Positions 11,201 to 23,500 of a DNA stretch of 64,000 nt are shown here, piece after piece. This DNA is from Felis catus (taxonomy: Eukaryota), in NCBI RefSeq assembly GCF_018350175.1, contig NC_058368.1, forward strand, positions 190,466,001 through 190,530,000, given 5' to 3'. The notes beneath the pieces were generated by a model that did no database searches, was not told the DNA's origin, and was given only the letters and a program-made list of their open reading frames with translations. A program made the translations under genes and the position numbers. Each line of letters begins with the position of its first letter. Positions within the stretch are counted from its first letter, which is position 1.

Positions 11201-14200
11201 GGGAAAAGTCTAGGACATATCTTTAGATTCTCCAAGAATTCTGCAAAGCTCCAAGTGGTTTGGAACCATCATTCAAACACAAACAAACAAACAACAATAA
11301 AAACTTGCATAGGTTTCTCCCCTCCCCCCACCCCGGAGCTAAAGAGTCTGTTTGAAGAATGCTAACTCTGACCCCTCCAGGTACCTAGGAACTCAAAGCA
11401 TTCCATCCAGCCTGAGGGTTCATTTCATTTCTTGCATGGCAGCAGGAATTTGTGAAATGGTTCCAATTTGTTCCCTCAAGACAAATTTGTTCCCTCCCTC
11501 AAATTTGTTCCAATTTGTTCCCTCTACTGGGGAGGGACTCTGAAGTCATAATCTGATGGCCTGGGATTAAGTCTGCCATTGATTATGCCTTCCGTTCTTT
11601 TACTGCCTCAGTAACATCTCAGATCCTTTCTTTCTAGTCTTTTATCCTCACAGCCTCCAGGGTAGCTCTGGGTGGGGGTTGAAAAAGCTCACTGGGGAGT
11701 CTGAAGGCTCAGGCTTATATCCCAGCTCTGCCATTTTTGTGTTTCTGTTTTCTTTTAGATCCTCAGGTGAGTTATTTGTTCTGTTCTTCTCTAAATCTCA
11801 GTTTCCCCAAAACGTACAGTGATGATGATATTAGTACTTATTTCATAGGACTGTTAAGTGAGGAAACGCATAAGAAAAATACCTGGTACCTAATTACTGG
11901 CTAGTAAACGATAGTCCTTATGCCCTATCCCCATTTCCTTTCTTCTTCACATATCTATTATTCCTACTCACACACCTTCATTTTTAGGTCTCTCTGGCAG
12001 GGTAACAAGAGGCCACTTTCACCAGCTCCCAACTGACTCGCTGTTCTTTATAAACACACAGACACTTTTGGTTTTATTATTTTTTTTTAAATCTGTTAAT
12101 TGCACCAGGGAAACAGCCAATGAGTGACAAAATTACAAACCTGGGAAAGTTACAAGAGCTTTTAAAATCTCACGGTAGTAATTCTCTACTTGTTACTGGA
12201 GTAAATCTGAGATTCTGAAAGCTCTTCACTGACTCCCTTTTAGGTGGCTCTACAGAATTCTTAATCATTGGTTTTATTCCTGCTTATGGACACATTTCAT
12301 CTCCTGCTGCCTCTGAATTGTTTTGTCCTTCTCATACTGCTCAGTCTGTAGAGGCTCCACTCTACAATGTAGGCGTGGAATTCAAGTCATGCCTGAAAAA
12401 GAGCTGTGGTTGAGTGTGCCAAGCAAGAACTTCCAGATTCATGTTATTCATTTCATAGGACAACTCCAAGTAGGTTATCTCCTACTTCAGTGCTCCCTCT
12501 ACTTTTAAGGCATTTGCTGTAGACATCATGTGAAAAGGCCTACCTAGGGTGGCAAATCCTTGCCTCCACTCTAAGGCTGCCTAGAAATGGAGCTCAGAGA
12601 TGTGAAGTGACTTGCCGGAGATCGCACAGCTAGACAGAGAGAGATCTGAGACTCACACCCAGGTTTCAGGGGGTTTAAACTTGTGTTCATTAACTCCCAG
12701 GGAGGAGTATTGTCTATGGAAATCTGGGAAACTGAGAAGATTAGAAACTGGGGCCCAGGAAATGGGAGGGAATGCTTTTAGAAACAGCTGCTCTATTACC
12801 GTGTCTTTCTGTTTGACAAAGTCATCCAAAGCTTCATGGTCCAGAGCAAGCTGGCCTTTCCAAGGAGCCAAAGGATTCTCAGAGGACAAAGTGGTTGGAG
12901 ATGAGACTTTTCTCTTTATCTTGGAATTTGTTTTGGGTACTTGGAAATAGGTAATATGATTTTTTGGTAAAGGCGTTTCAAATCCGTCATTACTTAAACA
13001 TGGCTTATTGAATTGATTTTCTATACATGGCATGGGAATAAATAAGTCATGACATCTGTCCTAAAAGGGGTCACACTTTAGTAAGATAGACAGGCTATGT
13101 ATAGCAAACAATCATCCAGTGGGTTTAGTTTTGGGATAGAAGTATGGAAAGTTTTCCTGGGGGCCCAAAGAAGGGAAAGATGGATTCTATCCTGGAAAGG
13201 ATGGCCAGCATAATTTAACTTAATAATCTTTGAATTGGTTCTTCAAGGATGAGAACATTTCATTGTGCAGGGAAGGGTGAACAGGCAGGAAGAAGAGCAT
13301 GAACAAAAAGAAGGGAACTTGATAAGAGTATGAAATCTTTGGAGCTTGTCTAATAGTCTAGTTTAATCTAATAGAGACAAGAAGCTGGGAATGGTCTAGG
13401 TTCTTAAGGGACTTGATTGATAGGCTGAAGAATTTAGATTTTATTCCAGGGTCATGAGAAACCATTCATGTTTTCTGGGTAGGGAATGATATTTCCAGTT
13501 CTGTTTTAGGAAACATTGCTCTGGTAAGAGTGTGGGAGATGTATGAGAAGGAGCAAGCCTGGGGGCAGAGAGGCTACCCAGGAGCCTTTTGTAATAATTC
13601 ATACCAGAGATGAATGTCTAGAGTAGAATAATGGCAGCAGTAACTACAGAGAGGGGACAGAGTCAAAGCCACTTAGGAGTTAGGATTGGGAGGACAGTGA
13701 CCAGAGTAAGAATGAAGGATGACTCATTCTCTGTACTTGGGAGGTTAGATTGATGTGACAAGTTAACTAGTAAGGAACCCCAGGAAAAAGGGTGAATTTG
13801 TTTGGGAGACCTGGAGTTTGAAGGGTCCCTGAGGAATGTCTAATGGGCAGTTGGGAATATGGGGCTGGGTTGACTTACAGATGCCTGGGTGAGAATGGGT
13901 GCCTTTGATGATTGGCACCTACCTCTGATCAAATAATAATTACCATGATTCAGGTTACAATTGCTGAACAGGGACTTAAAAATACACCAATAATTTAATA
14001 CATATTACCTCATAAGGGACAGTTCAGGGCTCTAGATACGATTTGGGGAATCACTGATAATAAATGACACTTACCAAATGCTTTTTTTATACCAGGCTTG
14101 GGCACAGTGTCTCATTGTGAGGCATTGTCTGCATCTGTGAGAAAGATGCTATCATTACTTCCATTATAAAGGAAAAGAAACTGAGGTTTGGAGAAGTTAA

Positions 14201-17200
14201 ATTTGCCAGAGTTTGAACCCTGGGTCTCTTGGCTCTTGAAACTCAGCTCTTAAGCACTTTATTATATTTTCTCGTTAGGAGAGGGATAATGGAAAGCTCC
14301 TGTAAAATCACCTAAAGATATTGTGTGAGATGGAGGGAGAAATGAAAAGGTACAACCCCATAAAGGGACAACTACATTGGAAGAGGAGGCAGGGATGAAG
14401 ACAGAAAAAGTAGGAAGGGATCCAGCAGAGCATGAGTGCAGAGAGGGCTGAGCTGACAAAAGTTATGGAGGGTATAGTCAAATACTGGGAAATTCAGAAT
14501 GCTGGTCAAGAAGGATGAGGCCCTTAGGTGGCTGTGAACCATTAGGTGAACAGTGTTAGCTCTCTGGGTGGATGCTCTGAAGTCCAAGACAAGCAATTGT
14601 TAGAGAGTGAATATTAGGTGTTCTTTCAAGAAGTTTGAGGATGGATATTTAGAGGAGATAGTGAATGGGGCAAGGTTGGTCCTGGTGTAGCAGAAGGGGA
14701 TCAGTCAAAAATGAGAGAGGTAGGGTTTGGTCTAGAAATGGAGGTAAGAGAAAAGGGAGTGAGGATAGAATAAATGAAAGTGTGGAGCAATCTGATCTCA
14801 TGTTGACCTCCCAGGGGATGGAACCAAGACCTTGAACTTCAAGGTCATCCAGTTCATGCATATACCAGACCTGGCCATGGGTTGAAAACACAGGGTGCTT
14901 AGTAAAAATATAGATTGCTTTACTCTACCCAAGGCTTGAAGAATTAGAACCTACCCTGGGGGTGGGTCTAAGAAATTATATGCTTAGCAAACTTCCTCAG
15001 GAGATTCTTTTGAAGCCATCCCATCCCTGGCCCCAAGAAGACATTTAGGAGTTGCTGGTGTAGTGTGCACTCTTCGTTCTACATAGAAAGAAACTGAGGC
15101 ACACAGGCATAAAAAAGTTCAAAGAGAAGTGGGAACGAGGCCCCAGATAGGACTCCCTTCTGGCTCTCAAATCAGAGCTCTTTCTCCTACACTGCACTAT
15201 TTTATTAAAGACAAAGCTGAGCCATGTTAGAACTTAACATTTTTTTCTGGGTCCTCAGTTGATCAAGGACATAAAGAAGTTGTAGGGGGAATTGCTGTTT
15301 TCAGTACAAGTTCAGCAGAAGGAACAGAGGAAGGCAGGGGAATGAAGCAAAGCTCATTTTCACTCACAAATGCCGTTGTTAGGAGGAAAGAAATTGGATG
15401 CAGTTGATTTCAAAGTCAACATCTTTCGTGAGGCATTAGCCGATTTGTTTTATCTCTCATGCCCACGCTGTTCACAGGCTTGAATCAGTTGTAGGCTGGC
15501 AGTCTGGGGATAAAGGCAAAGGACAAAAAATGGATTTTCATGATTCTTCTCACAATAGCATTATATTCTACCAACCGTACAAATGATATTTTTTCATTAA
15601 TAAAGCTGGGATTGAATCTGTGTAATTCTAGCATCTAACAGCTCACCTTCAGAAAGGTCAACCAAATAAAAACAAAGGGAGTTGCCAAGCTTTAAGAGAA
15701 GTATGTTTGTGGTAAAGCAAACAAAGGGAAAAAGAAGTAAGGTGTCTATTTCAGCCACTGAAATAGACCATGGAGCCAGTCCTAAGATGAGGCCTCGTTG
15801 ACGGATAACCCAGTGAGCTGGGTGACCACTCTGCACACCGAAATGTTCCTCCGACACTGATCTAGGCCCTGGAGAGATCTTTGGTGTCACAGGGGGAAGG
15901 GTAATGACATACCTCAGCAGGTTCTGTGGTGAGGCAAGGTATCGGTTCTCCCACTGTGAACAAGTCATTGACTGAAGCCCTTTGGCATGGCCGCCTGTTG
16001 AACTCTGGGGTGCTCAGCAGCCCAGCAGAGGGGGGCAGACATGGAAGGTGGAATCAGATAACATTGCTCTAACATTGTGAAGAGTTTTCAATCAATAAGA
16101 ATCGTGCCTCAGATAAATCTCACTGGCTCTGATACTGTCACTGCTTGACTAGTGACCATTACTAGCTGTGCAGTCCTGGGCAAGAGATGGGACCTCCCTA
16201 AGTTTCAGTTGCCTCCTCTTTCAAGCACTCTGCTGAAGTTTACTTCCCTTGGTAGATTTATTTTGAAGTTCAAGAGTGATAATGTGAAAGTGTTTTTGTG
16301 CACTTTCAGCTGCTTACATTGTGCTCATTATCATCATCATCAATAGTTAGAAATATATAGTTATTTATATATTATTATAATAAATTATAAAAATTATATT
16401 ATTAATATTAAAATATTAAAGTAATAGTTAGAAAGATCTCCTTTCCAAAAACTGCACCCATCAAAGCAGCAAAAAGGTTAGGGTTCCATTCCAAATGGAT
16501 TTCTTCCTATTTTGCCGCAAAATAGCAAGATCATTCACTCTCCACCACTGAACTTTCTATGGCAACCGTATGTGAGCATTTGCCATATTTTCCAAAGACT
16601 GTAGAGCTCAGAGGATAAGAGCTTGGCCTCTGCAGGTAGATAATCCTGGCTCTGAGATTTGCTCTTTCCTTTCCTAGCTACGTGACTTGGGCAAGTCACC
16701 TGACATCTCTAGGCCACAGGATTCTCACTGGGCAGTGAGAAAACCAATGGTGTCTATTGCAAAGCATTTTCTTTAAAAAAATTTTTTTTTAAGATTTACT
16801 TATTTTTGAGAGAGAAAGAGAGAAAGGGAGACAGAGACTCTGAAGCAGGCTCCACACAGTCAGTGCAGAGTCCAGTGCAGGGCTCGAACTCACAAGCCGT
16901 GAGATCATGACCTGAGCTGAAATCAAGAGTTGGGTGCTTAACCGACTGAGCCACCAGGTGCCTGACTGCAGAGCATTTTCTGAGCTCAAACATGGAAGTG
17001 CTTTGACATGGAAGTACTTTCATTGTGTCTGGCGTGTAGTATAGTTAAGTGCTTGGTATATGGTATCCACTTATTATTGTTGTTGTTAGCATTTCTGAGG
17101 TTTCTTGGTAAAGTGAGGACTTTGCCACCTCCCTCAACCAAAATCAATCAGCTGGTGTAGGAAGAGCATTGCCCTGCAGAGAGGAGTCTGGGGTTGGGGG

Positions 17201-17837
17201 GGGCGGGGATGGTGGATTAGGGATGAGGCCTTAGCTCTGCTTCACTTCATATTGGCACGTGAGAGTAGTGACTTGAGGTGACAACTCTGGGCTCTCATAA
17301 TGATGACGACATTTTTGTTGGTGGGGCATCCTTGGAGGCAGTGGAAGTTTGACACAAAGTTTGGAACTCAGTGACTTAAAAAAAAATATATATGATATAA
17401 AATTCATATCACATATATATAAATATATAAATATGTGATATTAATATATAAAAATATATAGATATATGTGTGATATAAAATTTATATCATATATAATATA
17501 TATATATACTTTTTTGAGAGAGAGAGAGTGAGCAGGGGAGGGGCAGAGAGAGAGAGGGTGGGGGCAGTAGAGGATCTGAAGCTGGCTCCATGCTGACAGC
17601 AACGAGCTCAATGTGGGGTTGGAACTCAAAAATTGTGAGGTCATGACCTGAGCTGAAGTCAGATGTTCAACCAACTGAGCCACCCAGGTGCCCCGGAACT
17701 CAATGACTCTTAAATAATGTTGTTCTAGAGTTTCCTTCTGTTAACTCATCTGCATGAAATGTGAAGTCATCTTACCATTCCTTCTTCTTTATGAACCACA
17801 TTGGGTGCCAACCCAATTTGCTGTCTGTTCCCTTTCA

Positions 17838-17871
<34 letters not shown>

Positions 17872-20473
17872 TCCTTACCCAATTTTGCCCTTGGTGCTAA
17901 GGAACACCTGACTCACATATGGAATGATTGATTTATTTCAGCGTATGGTGCTCTTTTGATCATTGCACATATTAAAAACATTCAGAGGTCTCCAAAATTT
18001 TAAAGCAAGTATGTGAATTGAAGAAAGTTGTGTTTCTGTTTTCAAAAGGCGTTTTGAAATTCCAGATCTGCATTAGTGCTGCCAGGCAAGTACAAAAAAT
18101 ATGGGTTCTAGTCACTTCCTTCGTTACTCATTACTCTGAAACCCTGAATGAGTGAAACTGTCTCTAGATTTTAGTTTTTCCTTAAAAAGGGGGGGGATCA
18201 GAGGAGATAATTTCGAATTCTTTTCAAATCTAAAATACTCTCTGAAGGATCTTTTTTATCTTGCCTTTGAATTTTTAAGGCCATACCACCAGTGGTCCAG
18301 AAGGGGGCAGCATAAGCCAGATGCTACCTATGGAAAAACACCTGAAGGCTTGAAGTTGTCACTTTTCAAGTCCTAGGATTGTGCTAAGATTGTATCATTG
18401 AGTTGACTTATATCAGAACTAAATTTGCTTTAAAAGTACATACAGATGAGTCCTGTGTCTATGAATTTAATGAGTCAAAATACTCAGTTATCAGTTTTTA
18501 AGCAGACCCACTGAGAATATAGAGTGCTTTTATTTCCAGTTGATTTCTGGCACGTAGCCCACTGGCTAGAGTTTGTATTTTCAAATAGGATGCTAATATG
18601 CTCTTTTTCTTTCCTCTCAGAGTGGTTATAATCATGATTTTTTGAGTCATTCAGAGTTGAGTTCAAATTTCCTTTTATTATCTGTGCTACCTTGAAAGAG
18701 TGATTTAAACTTATTCAGCCTCAGTTTATGTCTGTAGAATGGATGGTATAAGCATTAAGTGAGATAATTTATATGAAGTGCTTATCGCTCTGCCAGGCAT
18801 ACTGTAGTGCTCAATAAGTTGACTTTTACAGGGAGTTCCAAGTAATTTTGAAGCAAATTTCCACCAGTGGGATGGCAAACGGGGTGATGTTCAAAATGGA
18901 TTTTAAAAGATTTTCTTAACTCAAAATTCAATGTCATTCCAGATCTGCACATAGCATGTAGTTTTATTTCAGTGAGTAAGTTCGAGTCCACTACCTTAGG
19001 CATAACCATCTTGAGGGGAAGTCTCATCACTCTAGGGTCTGAAGGTCTGAAGGTTTTAGCATTAAAATTGTGCTCTGATATAACACATTTAATTCCCTGA
19101 CTCCGTGGGTGTTGTTTTTGCATCCGGGGACTAACTATACCGGAAGTCAGCACACTTCTGTAAAGGGCCAGACTGTACATATTTTCGGTCCTACCAGCCA
19201 TGCTGGTGGTCTCAACTACTCCGCTCTGCCCTTGTAGTACAAAAGCAGCCCCAGATAACACATGAACAAATGGGCACTTCAATAAAACTTTACTGATGGG
19301 CATTCAATATGAATTGCCTGTAGTTTGCATGTGTGATGAGTTATTCTTCTTTTGATTTTTCCCCAATAAAAAAATATTAAAATGATTCCTAGCTCTCAGT
19401 CTGTACAAAAACAGGCAGTAGGTTGGATTCAACCCTTGGGCTATAGTTTGGCAACCCTTAATCTATATCATCCAGATACAGGACACATTCTTTAGAAAGG
19501 GCAGATGTGAGTCTCCTTCAACAGAACTCTTCCAGCATATGTACTGAATACTGCTTCCTATCCTACTAGATGATAAAAGTCAAGGCAATGTTTTTATGTT
19601 GTGGTTTTAACATTTACACCTTATATTTTTATGTTGTAAAATAAATACATGCTCTTGTAAAAGAAAACAGCAAAACACTGTAAAGTGAAATGTCCTTGTA
19701 TTCTAAACATTCTTCCCAAGCCCTCACCCCAAATGACCAAGATGAAGAAATAATTACCATAACAGTTTGGGCTATATCTTTTCAGGTCATTTTTTTTCTC
19801 ACGACAGAGTAACGTCTATCATTTTTTTTTCACACAAAACATTTTACAAAATCATTTTTAAACGTACTTTAAAATGTATTCAACATTTTTTTTCAATAAA
19901 TCTTGATTACAAAGCCACTATGTATCATGCATGTGTTAGTTTGAACCATATGAAATGCTGATATTTAAACCACTTTTTAAAAGCTTTTTATTTTGAAACA
20001 GTTTTAGACTCAATACAAACTTGCAAAAATAGTACAGAGAAAGCTATATGTTCCTCCAGTTTCCCCCTCCCCCGCCACAAACATCTTACATAACTGTAGA
20101 ACGTGGTCAAAGTAGGAAATGGACATTGGCATGATGCAATTAACAAGTCTACAAACTCTACCTGTATTTCACCAGTTTTTACATGCATTCATTATCTAAA
20201 AGCAAGCAAACAAACCATTTTTGATATACAGAAAAGTCTCTCTGCCTATATATAAGTCTATATTCTTGCTCTAGAGACTTATATGTATTACATATATATG
20301 TATATTACACACATATTACAAACACACATATATGTAATATATATATAACATGTAATATACATACATGCGTATTACACATACATATTCCATACATATATAA
20401 TATATAATATACACACATGATATATAATATGTAATATACACATATATATGATATATAATATGATATGTATATA

Positions 20474-20504
<31 letters not shown>

Positions 20505-23500
20505 CTCCTGAACATCTTTGTACACCAGTACTTGTATCTAGGGGGGGTGTCTTTTACTAATAGCATCACCGAGTTCTTTTTCAGCTGTGAGTTGATGTGT
20601 TTCTAACAGTGATCTTCAAAGTGTCACTTAGAAGGTCACTGTGGCAGTGCTTCAGCGAAACCTTGAGAGTTTGCTCTTGACTCAGGCATCTTGGAGAGTT
20701 TTCAGTAATTAACATATGATATATATTTTACAGTTAAAATTTTCTCACTTGAGAAAATCTAGAAATTATAAAAAAGTACAAACTAAAAAATTTTTAATTG
20801 CCTATAATATTTCCACTCAATGTCAGATGTATCTAGTCTTTCAGTATTTCTTTTCAGTTTTCCTTGTGAAGCAAGAGGTATGCATGTGTTTGTTGTATGT
20901 TCTTAAGTATTTACACACTGATTTTCTATACTAAGCATAGCTTTACATCCTTTTTAAAAAATTACCATGAAAAATAATCATTTTCTCAGGTCATTCAAAT
21001 TCTTTTTTACAAAGGCATCCAGAAATTTAAAGGTTGAAAAGGACATAGGAGATTGGTTGGGGCAATATCAGCATTTTGGGATGAGTAAACTGTGGCTCAG
21101 AGAGAGCAAATATCATGCCCAAGGTCACACAGCCAGGAAACCTGGGGTAGATACATATTCAGAGACGGCAGTGCAGTGTTGGGGAGACCCAGGTGTGTTC
21201 TCACAGTGCTCCAAAGTCTGGGATGGAATCCCACAGGAATTCCACTTTGCCAGAGTACCCATAGGCCAATTTACTGATTTACAATGACAACTCTGCCAAG
21301 ACTGTCCATATCTTCATATTTTTTTTTTTATTTTTTTTCAACGTTTAATTATTTTTTTGGGGACAGAGAGAGACAGAGCATGAACGGGGGAGGGGCAGAG
21401 AGAGAGGGAGACACAGAATCGGAAACAGGCTCCAGGCTCCGAGCCATCAGCCCAGAGCCCGAGGCGGGGCTCGAACTCACGGACCGCGAGATCGTGACCT
21501 GGCTGAAGTCGGACGCTTAACCGACTGCGCCACCCAGGCGCCCCATCTTCATATTTTTTTTTTAAAATATAAATGCATTCTCACCCTGTAGGGGAGTCTA
21601 ATATTAATCAGAAGTACCGGTGAGTCCGTAGACCTGGGAAAAGTGTGGTTAAATTGAAGATTCTTTTATCATTGTTATTACCTGGTGATGAATTTCTTTT
21701 AGGTAGATAACCATACATATATGGTGAAAGTACAAAGTGTACGAAAACATTTTAAATGAGGGTCAGTCTTCCTGTCATCCCTTGTGCCCGTCCCCAGAGC
21801 CGCTGTTCCTATGGAAGACCTTAGTGATCACTGTGTCTCTTTTGAATTCCCAAGGATGCTGTAAAAATTTACCAGAAATGTAGTGGCATAGACCAACACA
21901 AATTTATCGTCTTATTGTGCAGGAGGTCAGGAGTCCTAAAATTGAGGTGTCAGCAGGGCCATGTTCTCTCTGAAGGCTCTAAGGGAAGATCCCTTCTCGT
22001 CTCTTCCAGCTTCTGGCGCCTCGGAGATTCCTTGGCTTGAAGCCACATGCCTTCAATCTCTGCCCATCTTTACGTGGCCTTCCCTGTGTGTTTCTCTGTG
22101 TCTTCTTCTCTCCTTACAAGGACGCCTGCCATTGGATTTCAGACCTATCCTAAATCTAGGATGGTTTCATCTCAATATCTTTAAACTAATTACATCTGCA
22201 AAGATGCCCTATTTCTAAAAGGTCACAGTCTGAGGTTCTGAGTACACATAATTTTGAGGAAGACCATACTTAATCTACCACAGTTCCCCTCTCACAGAAT
22301 TGCTTTTCTTGCAAGTTCTGGGGGGCTCCTGCCTTTGCCTGAATGTGCTTGTGTAAGAGGTCAGGGTCTTGAGGGTGGAAGGACCAAGGTAGCACAGAAA
22401 ACACAGAAGTGAGTAGTCTTCACTTGCCTACCTCATCCCCTAGCTGTTAGCGTCACTGCGTTTCATGGGTAACAAATGTCGCCAGCCATTTATTCGGTGT
22501 CTAACTCTATCTAACACTGGGTTTGGAGTGCCTCCATTGGGCCTTTTGGCATTTTCTGAAGAAGAGAAGGAAGATGAGGAGAAGGAGGGGAAGGAGGAGT
22601 ATTGTTTGGTATCACTCAGCAGTGTTTGTGTTTACAAAACGTCTCTCCCATTAGACAATTCCAATTTAAAATACAGATTAGCTGTGACAAAACTGACCTG
22701 GGATGGCTTTTCTCTTTGATGGTTTCAATTTCCAGCTTATCTGTCACAAATGATTGTAATACTATAGGATTTTGACAAAACAGGGGTAGGAGATTTGAAT
22801 TCTTACCTGCAATTTCCAGCTCTAGGGGATAATAGCAGAGAGAAAAACAACAATAACTGAGTTGTAGGATATGAAAACATGCTGAATTTTCTCCTCAGAG
22901 TTTATGCTCCTAGGCATTCAACAGGTCACTTTTCCTGTCGAAGAAATAAACTCTTGTACCAAATTATGAGCCTTAGAAAACCCATCATGTTTTTTCTTAT
23001 GCCTTGAGTGCAAGGAAGGCTGGGAGAAACAATGATCAATTTCAGTAATTATCGGCCTAGATTTTTATTATATTCAGGCCTCGTCTATGTGTGGCTTTAT
23101 GTTCTGTTTCTATCAGCAGGTTTTGTTGCACATGTGATTTTGCATTCTTCCTTGGCATTTTCTCCTGGCCTGGATTCCTTGACACAGTTCTCACTTTCTA
23201 CTCTCTGCCATTTGTTTCTTCGGCTTCCTTCTCCCTCACCTTCTCTGCCCACCTTTTAAGTGCTGGGGTTTCTTAGGATTCCTGCTCTTCTCTCTCTGGA
23301 CACGCAGCCCTTGGATTTCTTATATGCTCGGAGGATTTTAACTCTCCTTGGAGACCGATGACTCCCAAATCAGTATCTGCAACTCCAACTTTTCCTGAGT
23401 TTGATTCAGATTTAAATCTGCCAACTGCACGTTAGGCCAGTGTTGTGTGTGTGTGTCCCTCAGGTGCCTTCCTCACCGACTATAAATTTGAACTCCTCAT

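Noticed and set aside
16021..16038. Second CTCF-like motif CCAGCAGAGGGGGGCAG
   Set aside because: Extra Gs displace the invariant GGC of the core, so the match is weaker than at 18294.
18782..19303. 173-aa minus-strand ORF
   Set aside because: Overlaps MER58 and MIR remnants and has no recognisable domain or splice structure.
21151..21192. Exon 6 candidate encoding ...SETAVQ...
   Set aside because: No pyrimidine tract, wrong exit phase (42 nt), and adjacent to a MIR remnant. 25250-25296 fits better.
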